The position numbers and the translations under genes were made by a program. From contig NC_047067.1 of assembly GCF_902459465.1 (NCBI RefSeq), positions 186,001-250,000 on the forward strand: a stretch of 64,000 nucleotides of DNA. Direction: 5' to 3'. The notes under the pieces were generated by a model. The model searched no databases and was not told where the DNA came from. It worked only from the letters and a program-made list of their open reading frames with translations. Positions within the stretch are counted from its first letter, which is position 1. Each line of letters starts with the position of its first letter. Source of the DNA: Asterias rubens (Eukaryota). Below, one piece after another: positions 52,197-64,000 of this stretch.

Positions 52197-54879
52197 TGCT
52201 CTGGTCGTTTCCGGGCTAATCTTCTACTGTTAATTAATTTATAATTTTTATCAATAAGTGTACCATATAGGCTGAAAACATTGTGACAAAATGCAGTTGA
52301 ACAGTATTTTCGTGAGCGAGGAAGTGGCTCTTTAACCGACTCAACCCGGCTACCTTGACGTTGCCACTTAACAGTTCTCAGTACCAATTAGTAATCTCAG
52401 GTTTACCTCTTGGATACGGTTGAAGTCATTGATGAGGGATATAAAGAGATTATCGAGATAGTCTTCAAGATCATGCGTAAGATGACCATTCTTATTAAAG
52501 GCTATGGACTATTACTTGCAATGTCACACCATAACGCATTGCTCGCCTTTGATTAAAACTTAGCTATTTGAAAGATACAATTCGGGTAAATTGTGAACCC
52601 CTTTTTATAAGTATTGTTTCCCAATATTTTAAGTTACAATGACGATGAAGAAATGGCGACTCGACCAACAAAGACAACGACATCGACAACCACAGCAGCA
52701 AAAACGACCAAAATATATTTTTAAGTATTCCAAAAAAAGGGCTGCACAAACCTAACAAATTGTGACGTGTAACTGAAGCGATGAATTTGCGTTTATTGGG
52801 AGAGCTTTAGATATGACCCGGATGTACTTCAATTCCCTGTGGACTTTTTGATCTCGGGTCCACACTTGGTATAGCGTTCAAACACACACACATGCCGTAC
52901 TGCTCCGAGTCAGCAGCGAGCCTGGGTACCAACAACAAGTTTTGACCTAGTCTTTAATTTCTTTTATTCATCACGGAACGTAGCCGGGTTCTAACGTTAC
53001 AGCGTTTTCCTTCGCTTGGAAGGGTGACTGAAGTTTGAATCATGCGCCTGCATTAAACGACTATTCACGGCGAGCGTAGAGCTAGCAAAGTGACGCGATA
53101 ATTCATATCATGGTTTCCCCCGTTGGGATCTGTCCGGGTAGGTGAAGTTACACAAACCGCGTCGTACAACACCAATATCAATCAATATTTACCGGCTCAT
53201 CTTTTGCTGCTAATATATCTGTAATTGTCCCCTCGTGTTATATTACCGCCCACATGATTGATGGTGAGACAACCAACGAAGGATCGATCAGTTAACTATC
53301 GTAGCACGGAGGAGCAGTGGGGGATACGAAAGTCTCCCTGTACTGTAGGTCGATTTAGCGAGTTTGAACAGAACCCCCATTACTATACATTAACCAGCCA
53401 TTTATGAGGCCAAATTAGAGCTAGAGATAGAGGTTGGCGTATTCTCTTCGTACGTTTGATTTCGCCGAGAGCAAGCTGAACCACTGCCCCTTGACAGGGG
53501 CAACATGCCCCCTTGTACATGAGGCCCAATTAGTAGCCACACCTGCGACGAGTTGACACCAAATTGACGTAAACTGATTGCCTCCCTTGTGAGCAATGTA
53601 CCGACCCATTCCAGAACAACCCTGACTTCAATTCTCAGACGGCCTGCTAATTATATCCTCGGAGATGCAATCTCGCTCCCTTATTTGATAAATGTTCCCT
53701 GTGTGTTGTTGAAAATAAAGAAATCACACCATGTGATGACAGTGATGCAGGGTGGTTACGTCAAGGCAATTCGAAACATGCCATGCAAAATACCAGAAAT
53801 AACAAGATCTTACATTGAAATCTAAATTCAAAATGTGGCTGTAGTAAATAACGATAGCGTATGACATTGGTTATCAGTAAAACCTTCATCCGGTTCACAC
53901 TCACTGATGTAATTAATATAACTTTACACTTCAATGCTAAATGGTAGTACATTTCTGATCCAGATGTACGTTAAAGGCACATAACTTTGTTGCCACATCC
54001 TTTTTGAAGTAGGTATAGGTATTTTAATGTACAAGTATTGTGGGGGGGGGGGGGGAGCACATGTTCAATGTATAACATTTGTAGTGGCTGGTATCTTTAA
54101 AATTACTGCACTCCAATCCATTAGAGATCAATGCATTGCGAAATTCCTGCACTAAAACAGTGTCATCGCCATACTGAAACGCAAACATGCCATATGACTA
54201 TTTTGTGTACGTTTTACTGGTATCTCCGACTGATGATGTTTTTGCTATAAATATACTGTACACAATTTCATTGTGACGCAAATCAAAGCATGTGTACTTG
54301 GCGTATGCAAGCCAATGCGTTCAAAGTACAGACCTGATAACATGTAGCCTAAGGAGGCCATGGCGTCTGTTGCCCCTGGTCTTGGCCTTGGTGCCCCTTC
54401 AAAAGTTTCACACTGACTTGGAAGTGCCCTTTGCAAAATTAAAACGGCCTTGCTCTTTCAAAGATGAAAATCCAGGTTTGGTAATGGTGGTCTAGACTGG
54501 CATGTATGACATGGGAAATTGGCTTAAAATTGACTGACATATACCCATTCGCTTTGAGAAGGGAAACATCCATGAAGATTGTTTAACTTATTGTATAAAT
54601 AACCTTTATCTCTAAACTTTTGTACAACTCGTTCATCAGGGTACCAAGAAAATGAAGTTGATTTATTCGTTTTGTTTCGCACAGGAACTGTGTTATACTT
54701 TGTGTTTTTCTTTCTTGTACCGTAATGAAACCAATTAATATACAAAAGTACTTTGCACTGTTTTAATCCATAGGTTTGCAAAAACTCGAAAAGAAAATAA
54801 AGCAGCACTTTCCTGTTTTAAATTTTGAAGTAAAAGCCAAATCAAGAGAAACCAAATAAAATAAGACAAAGGTACTTAA

Positions 54880-55227
54880 AGGCAGTGGACACTATTGGTA
54901 ATTGTCAAAAGCAAGCCTTCGCAGCTTGTGTATCACAACATATGCATAAAATAACAAACCTGTGAAAATTTGAGCTCATTCGGTAATCGAACTTGCGAGA
55001 TAATAAAGTTGTGTGCGTTTAGATGGTTGATTTAAGACCTCAAGTTCTAAATCTGAGGTCTCGAAATCAAATTCCTGGAAAATTACTTCTTTCTCGAAAA
55101 CTTTGGCATTCAGAGGGAGCCGTTTCTCACGATGTTTTTCACCATCAACCTCTCCCCATTGCTCGTCACCAAGAAAGGTTTTGTGCTGACAATTATTTTG
55201 AGAAATTACCAATAGTGTCCACTGCCT
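54880..55227. mobile_element. Kolobok-type MITE, family 1
   Basis: TTAA|aggcagtggacactattgg ... ccaatagtgtccactgcct|TTAA. Confidence 0.92.
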
Positions 55228-55282
55228 TTAAAAAAACAATCCATTCGAAATTCTCTGTTTCGGAGCGGGAGACGCAACGGCT

Positions 55283-55635
55283 GTAGCCTTGCTCAAGGCA
55301 GTCGCACTATTCGCTCCGAAAAGACGCTGCTGTAAACCCACCCGTATACACTGAGCGTGGTGCGTGTAATCACACCGCATGACCCACCCGTATACACACT
55401 GTCACATCGTACGACTACTGTGCACACAAGTCATCCGCACTCGTACCACTAACCGCATGCGGAGGCCGTGACGGCCGACGCATGCGGATAGTGTACGGGG
55501 GCATCGTGTCGTGCGATTTTACGCACAGTGAATACGGGTGGGTTTTTATGTTACGCACAGTGAATACGGGTGGGTTGTTATACAGCGGCGGTCTTTTTTC
55601 GGAGTGAATAATTCGACTGCCTTGAGCAAGGCTAC
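55283..55635. mobile_element. MITE with long TIRs and a flanking direct repeat
   Basis: gtagccttgctcaaggcagtcg ... cgactgccttgagcaaggctac flanked by aacggct on both sides. Confidence 0.85.
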
Positions 55636-55744
55636 AACGGCTGGTCCGTAGAGGTAAACGACGAGATAAGAACCTAGAACGAATCCCCCAAACCAACCTG
55701 ATACCCTCAAAATACACTTGCCAAACAATCAGTAATGTCACGTC

Positions 55745-56122
55745 TGGACACTATTGTTGTCAAAGACTAGTCTTAACAGTTGGTTTTACTCAACATGCAT
55801 AAAATAACAAACCTGTGAAAATTTGAGCTCAACCGGTCGTCGAAGTTGCCAGATACTAGTGAAAGAAAAAACACCCTTGTCGCATCATTGTCACACGAAG
55901 TTTTGTGCTTTCAGAATTGTTGATTTCGATACATCAAATTATAAATCTGAGGTCTCGAAATCAAATTCGTGGAAAATTATTCCTTTCTCGAAAACTACGT
56001 AACTTCAGAGGGAGCTGTTTCTCACAATGTTTTATACTAGCAACCTCTCCCCATTACTCGTAATCAAGAAAGGTTTTATGATATTAATTATTTTGAGTAA
56101 TTACCAATAGTGTCCACTGCCT
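55745..56122. mobile_element. Kolobok-type MITE, family 1
   Basis: tggacactattg...ttaccaatagtgtccactgcct. Confidence 0.88.
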
Positions 56123-57684
56123 TTACGGTATTAGCGACCTCAGTGCACGATTCTAGACGTCGCCTCTACCCATTTACCAATACGTCGCCGGAATGGGAAT
56201 CAATTATGTCACTGATTCGTTTCAAATAATGTGACGTCACAGATCGACACGAATGTGAACGGTTGTTCATTTCTTATTGATTATTGCCGTTAAGGTCTTC
56301 CGTTACTGCAAACTCTGATCCCAACCATAGCGTCGCTTTATAGAGTGGGCCCATAAACGAAAGGGAGATCATATCACCATTGGTTATGGATCCATACGTG
56401 GTGGGAATTCAAAAAGAGACACTCGACAGACAGTGTTTATTTCAGACTAATGTAAGTGGATCGTGGTATTTACTGATGACATGTTATAGATTCCAGTGAA
56501 TGCAATTTCCGCGATACGTTCTTAAAAATGGCTGATAATTATGCAGAAGTCGGAATTGTTTAATCATTTGACGTCATCAGTGCGCTCGCTTAGCCAATTA
56601 GCATGAATGATATGGAAAACTGGAGTAATGAGGACAACATCAGAACTTCCTCCTGAAATCGATCCAAATACTCATTTTTCTGTGTTCGTGGTGTTTTTTT
56701 CCCCATAAAATGGCGATTCCTTACGGAATTTTACGGAACATTGGCTTTTGAACAAAAAGTGGACTTTTTCTTGGAAGGAAACTTGACATAAACCTTATTT
56801 TAATGTTTTTGTAAAACAAAATCGTACTTTCGAGGAAAAAAACAACAAACAAAAAATAACTAAATTTATAAACCCTTATAAGGTGCTAAATAATTGGGTC
56901 TTAAAATTCATCACTGCAATAATCTATCTTTCTGAAAGTTTGTAATAATCAGCGCCTTGAGTACCTTGTTTGGTAGATACGTGCGCTATATAAAACTTTG
57001 ATATTATTATTATTATTAGTATTACTATTAAATTTTGAAAAAATAACAATGTGTAATCTAAAAGCCTGATATTCTAGACACAAAGATCCAACATTTAGTT
57101 GTTATCCCCTGTTGATATTAGATGTGATATATCCTTCCTTTAACCATTAATTTGCATTACACCGTGTGTATCCAGTATACACGCCAGTTCGTTCACTCTT
57201 TGTGAATGAAAGTCACGTTATCAATGTATGTTTCTGTTTGTCTCTTAAGGAATTAATTTGTTCGTTTTGTTTGTTTCTTGTTTTTGGTTTGTTTTTCTTC
57301 TTGTCCTCCATATATGTACAATGACCAAACACCGTGACTTCCCGTTCGGCAGGAAACCGAGGCAGACGACGAAACATCTGCCTTCACACTTTAACAATTC
57401 AAATCGATTGCAATTACAAATAATAACAGCCTAGTTCCATTGACCTTAACGCATATCCTTGGTGAATAATTTATATATTCCGTTTACAATGAAACGTCAT
57501 CAAAAAACATTTATAGGCAGCCGTACATGTGGAAATAATATGGCACTAGGCAGCTCGTATACATGACATTGATTTCTCACTATTGGTTCGAAACTAATTT
57601 CAAAAGTGCTTTAAAACAGTTCCGACGAATTGTGTGAGTAGAACGTTGGCACATGGTGTTTAAAATAATGTAGTTTGGTTCAAT

Positions 57685-57715
57685 GTCTGTCTGCCTGTCT
57701 GTCTGTCTGTCTGCC

Positions 57716-57757
<42 letters not shown>
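57685..57757. repeat. (TCTG)n microsatellite
   Basis: Direct read. Confidence 0.95.
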
Positions 57758-57758
<1 letters not shown>

Positions 57759-58094
57759 TGACACTATTGATAATTACTCAACCAAACCTTACTTGGTAAC
57801 GAGTAATGGAGAGCTGTTGGTAGTATAAAACATTGTGAGAAACGGCTCCCTATGAAGGGAAAGAAGTAGTTTTCCACGATTTGGTTTCGAGACCTCAGAT
57901 TAAGATTTGGAGGTCTCGAAATCAAGCATCAGAAAGCACACAACTTTGTGCGACAAGGGTATTTTCCTTTCAATATTATCTCGCAACTTCGACAGTGGCA
58001 ATTGAGCTCAAATTTTCACAGGTTTGTTTATTTATTAATCTGTTGAGATACACCAAGTGAGAGGACTGTTCTTTGACAATTGTCAACAGTGCCT
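57759..58094. mobile_element. Kolobok-type MITE, family 1, diverged
   Basis: gacactattgataattactc...gacaattgtcaacagtgcct|ttaa. Confidence 0.8.
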
Positions 58095-58400
58095 TTAACA
58101 TCTATCATTATGAATTGCACAAATCAAGAAATTGTTATTCAGACTAGACGACAATATATTCTAGTCATTGTGAAATCAGTGGTTGGCTTTGAGGATTCGA
58201 ACCCGCAACCTTGTTATTACACGTGTTGCAAGTGACAGCGTGGATATTAACAAACAATGAAGAACGTTGCATCTAACCATGAGGATAGTCAAGTAAAACA
58301 GTTTACAATGATGCTACTCATCTCTCTTGTACCGTCCGTTGACATATTTTTTATTTCAAGAAATCAAATTTAAGTCACTAATTTCTCTAAGTGAGCCCTA

Positions 58401-58620
58401 TACCTTATTCCAAAGTATGTGTTAGTGTTAGTTAATTAATCCACATCAGTCTCGTTACCTTATTCCATAGTATGTGTTAGTGTTAGTTAATTAATCCACA
58501 CCAGTCTCGTTACCTTATTCCATAGTATGTGTTAGTGTTAGTTAATTAATCCACATCAGTCTCGTTACCTTATTCCATAGTATGTGTTAGTGTTAGTTAA
58601 TTAATCCACACCAGTCTCGT
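58401..58620. repeat. Minisatellite 55 bp x4
   Basis: taccttattcca(a/t)agtatgtgttagtgttagttaattaatccaca(t/c)cagtctcgt at 58401, 58456, 58511, 58566. Confidence 0.95.
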
Positions 58621-60919
58621 TTGTATTCAAATTGACTTAATAATGTTACGTTCATTTTAACTGCTGTGTATTTTTTTTACCATTTTATTGCTATTTTTGC
58701 TCATGTTTTTTAATCCTGCATTTTAATGTTTTTTTTTACTGTACAGCGCTTTGAAATAGTGTTAAAGCGCGTTATAAATGCATTTAAGTTAAGTTAAGTT
58801 AAGTTCACATTCATAAGCCCTAGTAGTCAAGAATGTATACTTTCTTGATCTGGAATGGATGGCGCATCTATTCAAATTGACTTAATTATGTTACGTTCTT
58901 AATATGAGACCTAGCAGTCAAGAATGTATACTTTCTTTCTTCGGAATGGATGAAGCCTGACACGATGGCACTGTGTATGCCCGAGGTTATAGAGTAACAC
59001 AAGCCCTAGCTTATCTGCATCAAAAACCAAGCTAAACCCAACAATAGAAACTAGGCGTTACATGAGGGGATTAGAATAACTGTAATCATTGATTTGTGTG
59101 ATAATCGATCTTGGGACTCAAGGCGCTGGTTTAATATCTACACTGTGTCCGTGTTGTTTTCGCGGCCATGTTTCTCAAGCCATACCCTCTCGGGAGAAGA
59201 GGGCCAACGCGCAGCAAAGGGCGGAATGACAAGATTAGCAATAGCTACCGTGGAAAAGTCAACGTGTGCTTGGAGCAACACAAACTTACTGGTCACTAAA
59301 ACACGTCGCAGGACTCAACTTTAAAACTTCACGATCTGTCTTTAATCCAAGATATAGTTTCATTTCCGAATGAATCATATACGAAATGTCATGAACATGG
59401 TTAAAGTCACCCTTGGATGTTTGCTTAATGTTCTTCGACTATATGAGAACCAACTCTTAAAGCCATACTCCACTGCGACGTTATTTCAACAAAAAATATC
59501 GTTCATGACACTCCACAACAACAATCCCAGTGATACCCCCCCCCCCCATTGGGAGGGGCGGGGCTTATCTTTGGAATCGACTTTTTGCTGTCAAATTAAT
59601 AAAATGGATATATAAATTAACAATAACATAAACATACAAAATATTTATGTAGACTTAAATGCGAAAGCGAACATGCATTCAATTTGACTGTAGTATCAAC
59701 TTGATATTGATAAAGTTTATATTGTGTTCTTCGTGGAAAGAAATGTTCTAATGTGCCGTACAAATCAGTAGGCTACATTTACTTGAATCGGTATGTATTG
59801 GTTTAATCCAATGTGTGCTATCTTCAATACAAATCTAGGATTTTCGAATAATCAGGATAATCTGAATAAGCCGTTGGAATTCAGGCATATGGGACAACAG
59901 ATTAAAATATTAACATTGAAATGTAAATCCCCTACGCAAACGCTACAAGGTTGATGGAACGATAGTGCTGCTATTTTTATATACACGTTCCAATAACTGC
60001 TTGAAATGATAACAACAAATTATTGGAATGTATAAATCACAAGTAATCTTAATCTTCAGAAGAAGCAAAAATAATAGCACAAGCTCTCAAAACAGCCACA
60101 CGTGACAGCGGCAAGAACAGTAACAAGAAATACACTCTGTGTTGCTGTTACTCTGTGGACAGCAACAAATTTAAAACTGTGTGGACGTGTGTTAGTCCAC
60201 ATAGTGTTTCCATTCCCTAATTGGGTGGATCTACTTTGTTCTCTCAGAACCTCAATTTGAAGTAGTGTTAAAAAAATGGGTCAACTATTTGTCGACACAG
60301 ACATGGATGTGTTCATTTATGGTTATAGCAATCGTTTTCCTATTGCCTCTTGTTTTAAGTCCTTGGTTTGAACTCACACACAAAGAAAATGCTCAGAACA
60401 ATCGATTAGGAATCAGCAGATCGTCTATTTTTGTAAGTTTCTTTAAGCTCAACATCTGTGTTTTTGCGTAATGTATATGCTCAAATCAGATTATTTTGTT
60501 TACGCCTTTCAAATACTGCCAGAAGAATCAGTTTGCCAAATTAAGGTCTGTTATTCTGATGGTTTTTAAAGTCCCGGTCAGTTTTAAATGCCTTAAATTG
60601 TACTAATTTCACGTCTTCTACTGCATGGGAAGCACGCATGCCCTCCTCCCCCCTATACCCAATCCCGAGTCCTTTGAATTGCACTCGACACGCAGCTACA
60701 CCGAACCGATCTTTATTTAGTAAACGACTCTTAAATCGAACGCCGTGATGGAAGGGTCCTTAATGTCAGAGTGCAAGAGTCCTACGAGGACGAACACAGG
60801 ATAAGATCACATTTCTACGAACAAGTCAGGACCTTTTAATAAGGGTTGGGCTGATCCTATTGCATCGGTGCCCCCCCCCCCGCCCCCAAAGAAACGCGTA
60901 GCCATTGTTGTAGTGTTAA

Positions 60920-61303
60920 AGGAACACGTTGCCTTGGATCGGACGAGTTGGTCTATAAAAAGCGTTTGAAACCGTTTGTTATGAAATGCATATGGTTAGA
61001 AAGATGTTTACAAAGTAGAATATAATTATCCACACAAGTATCACTCAAAATTGCACGGTTTTCATTATACGTCGCGAACTAACACGGTCGGCCATTTATG
61101 GGAGTCCAAAATTTGACTCCCATAAATGGCCGATCGTGTTACTGGACGAGGTAAAAAGAAAACCATGCAATTTTGAGGGATATTTGTGTAGATCGTTGTA
61201 TTCTACTTTTACAATATCTTTCTAACCATACCAATTTTATAAAACAACTGTTACAGGACGCTTTTCAAGGACCAACTTGACCGATCCAAGGCAACGTGTT
61301 CCT
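60920..61303. mobile_element. Kolobok-type MITE, family 5, with a central palindrome
   Basis: TTAA|aggaacacgttgccttggatcgg ... ccgatccaaggcaacgtgttcct|TTAA; centre cacggtcggccatttatgggagtc-caaaattt-gactcccataaatggccgatcgtg. Confidence 0.92.
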
Positions 61304-61554
61304 TTAACCTTTCTGCTAATTATTGTCCCATCATGTAAAAAGATCACACAATGGGAACGGTCACACAAGCACACACATTTTGTCGACCTGTAAATGGTGG
61401 ACTTCTCAAGTTTGTTCTCCGATTTGAGTTACTTGTGGTTTTCCGACTGTTATTTCTCTTTCTTTCTCCTTCTTTTGTTTTTGAATCCTGATCTATTCTG
61501 ACCCCTGGTAATCTAAACCTTCACACTATAGATCAAGGGTCACCCACGTCTCCC

Positions 61555-62192
61555 ATGACGACATACAAGGGAAGCTGCTGAAACCATTGTCCATGCCTTC
61601 ATCACATCCAAGGTAGATGCATGCAACTCGCTCTTATACGGAATTAACAATACGCAACTCTCTCGCCTTCAACGATTACAGAATATTGCAGCAAGGATGA
61701 TCACTTACACCAAGAAAACGGAACACATCACACCAGTGCTAGCCGGCTTGCACTGGCTCCCCATCCAACGAAGGGTTAAATATAAACTGTGCCTCATTAT
61801 TTTCAAGATCTTGCAAGGTGATGCCCCAGCATATTTAAGTGATCTTGTGCAGATATACACCCCAGGACATCGTGGCTTACGGTCTACAAAACACAAACTC
61901 CTCCAGGAAAAAACAACTAAACATGTATGGGGGGAGAGAAGTTTTCAGAGTGCAGCACCAAAGCTCTAGAACTCCCTCCCGGACACTGTAAAACTCTCCA
62001 AATCACTCAACACATTCAAGAACAGTTTAAAAACTCATTTTCATAGAGAAGCTTTTTGTTAAGTTTATTTTCTTATTTTTGTTTTGTGCTACTTTCATTG
62101 CTTGTTTTCCTTTGTAGAGTAGCGCCATGAGCGCCGCTTGCGGCGGATACCGGCGCTTTATTAAGTGTCCATTATTATTATTATTATTATAC
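61555..62192 (+). mobile_element. L2-clade LINE 3' fragment
   Basis: TREAAETIVHAFITSKVDACNSLLYGI...LQRLQNIAARMI...HITPVLAGLHWLPIQRRVKYK...WGERSFQSAAPKL*NSLP, ending in (att)n. Confidence 0.92.
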
Positions 62193-64000
62193 TAGACAAG
62201 TAGAGAAGAAAAGAGAAGATGTTGAAGCTAAGGTAGGAATTGGGGTTACACAAAGTCGAATTGTACGTGTTGGTTATTACCACATACGGCATAGACAGTT
62301 CAGTTCTACTGGGTGGCTTAAGCAACCTTTTATACCAATTTCGAAACTCGAATAGTTACATGGTCTTAGAACCATGAAAATTGTTCACGTATGCAACAGC
62401 CAACTATTGTTGGCAGTTAAACCCAAACTGAATATTCAACAACTTAAATTAGCTCTTAGCGAATCGATTTCAGTAATCCAACCGTATTTCCAACAGTAGA
62501 GCTAATCTGCAGCAGTATCATATGTGATCTCTTAAACATTGTCAATGGACAAGATACGTGAGCCATCATACTTTGATTGTGGGGTTACATCGGATGAGTA
62601 GAGGTCGGCTGGTTACAAAAGGGTTTACCTGAGTAAAATAAATTGTCCTAAAATGATTCAGTCGTTTCGTGCGTTTCTAAATCCGATCCCATATGTGACC
62701 ATCCACCACCAATAGGCTGTAAAGTTGCACTTGTACATTGCAGAGCCTATTAAATTGTTTGGGTTTTCAAGAAATCTTTGAGAAATCTGAATAAAAAAGT
62801 AGGTGGCTTTGAGAAATCATAACTTCGTCAAGAAAAGTCTGATTTAAATGTGGATTGTATCATTTTGAAGCTGATTACACACTCTCTCCAAAAATGCATT
62901 GAGCCCATAACAGTAAAAGTGTCAACTTTACAGCCCATTGGTGGTGGATGGTCACATATAAGAGGCTTGGATTTACAAACTAGGGTTTCCAGTCGAACTT
63001 TCTTCATCGTTAAAGCTATGAAAGGCCTGTTTTAACCAACAGCTTTACCATTTTGATTAGGTTGTCCCTCTCGATAGAGTTGTTATATCTGATTTACAAA
63101 TGCATCTTAAACTAAATTCAAAGTACGTAAATAGCTGAAAACTAAGTTGATGCTTATAGCTTTCATAAATATTCTGTGATTACTTGCACTTTCAACATCA
63201 TTGATAATCAGATTTCCTTCCGAGTCACAAAAGAGTGGAATCTGAGACTCTATATAAATGTGAACTTTATCGAGGAGGTATCGCGTCACACAATGGTGTT
63301 TATACGTTACCATAGCTTTCACTTCTGTATAACAATGTACATGCCTTAAGGGTGGATAAGTACATCTGCGGAGAATACATTCCAAAGAATGACGTAAAAT
63401 TGTATACCACACACAAAAGAAGAAAAAAATGGCGTGGAAATTGGGTCTCGCTTACTGATTGTTGAATTCACAACGGATTGTGAAATGAACAGCTTCATTG
63501 TAGGTTTGTTATAAGAGGAAGTAGGGGAGTAACTCCCGTCTTCCCGCTGGACTTTTATGTCGTTATCATATAGTATAATAAAGCCCTCTCTGTGAGTGAA
63601 CTATTGTTTCCGTTACAAATACTATATGTCATGAATGTCCGCTCTAGATGTTGGGTAGCACTTGATTAGCAATCTGTTACTCTGATTTGACTCAATTTAA
63701 TAGCTGTTATGACTCGTCATGTCTATTAGATATAAACCCATCTCGCAAAACTTGTCCACTGTATGTTCCATGCTAAGCGGCTGTATGTTCCACGCTCAGC
63801 GGCTGTATGTTGTAATTTTGTGTACATTAAAATTAATATCCATTCAAAGACAGTTCATGGCGTCGCTCTTTTTGCTTCTCAAAATTGGGAAACTTTCTCT
63901 CTGAATCTTAAAACACCAACGGGAAATCTTTGTAGTATATTAAGCATTATCAGTCTACAAGCAACCCCATTGTCAGCTGTACGGTATTAGGGGAATGGGA

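Noticed and set aside
58180-58230. GGTTCGAATCC (minus strand) as a tRNA gene
   Set aside because: B-box only with no cloverleaf; at most a decayed SINE head.
63107-63412. 101-aa minus-strand ORF, possible transposase C-terminal remnant
   Set aside because: The resemblance is too weak to assign, with no termini or catalytic motifs.

Overview
AT-rich, intron- and transposon-rich animal genomic DNA. It is most likely an echinoderm (sea-star-like), inferred from an eight-cysteine ambulacrarian-type insulin gene; the species cannot be proven from sequence alone. Three host genes are visible. (1) The last two coding exons of a probable TOLLIP gene (+, 1494-1605 and 4349-4557, CUE domain). Its last intron is largely a ~27-copy 73/74-bp minisatellite built from the exon's own 3' end plus its splice donor. 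(2) A very large, probably terminal coding exon of an unrecognised, largely disordered protein (-, 17754-20502). (3) A complete two-coding-exon insulin-family prepropeptide gene of octinsulin type (-, 47837-48047 + 45052-45239, 132 aa), which the ORF track only half shows. The rest is mostly non-autonomous transposons: many TTAA-flanked Kolobok-type MITEs (one with a THAP remnant), Tc1/mariner derivatives, a PIF/Harbinger derivative, L2 and RTE-like LINE ends, Penelope-like terminal repeats with a hammerhead-like motif, foldback elements and micro/minisatellites. No CRISPR, rRNA or intact tRNA genes were seen. Most short ORFs in the track look spurious.
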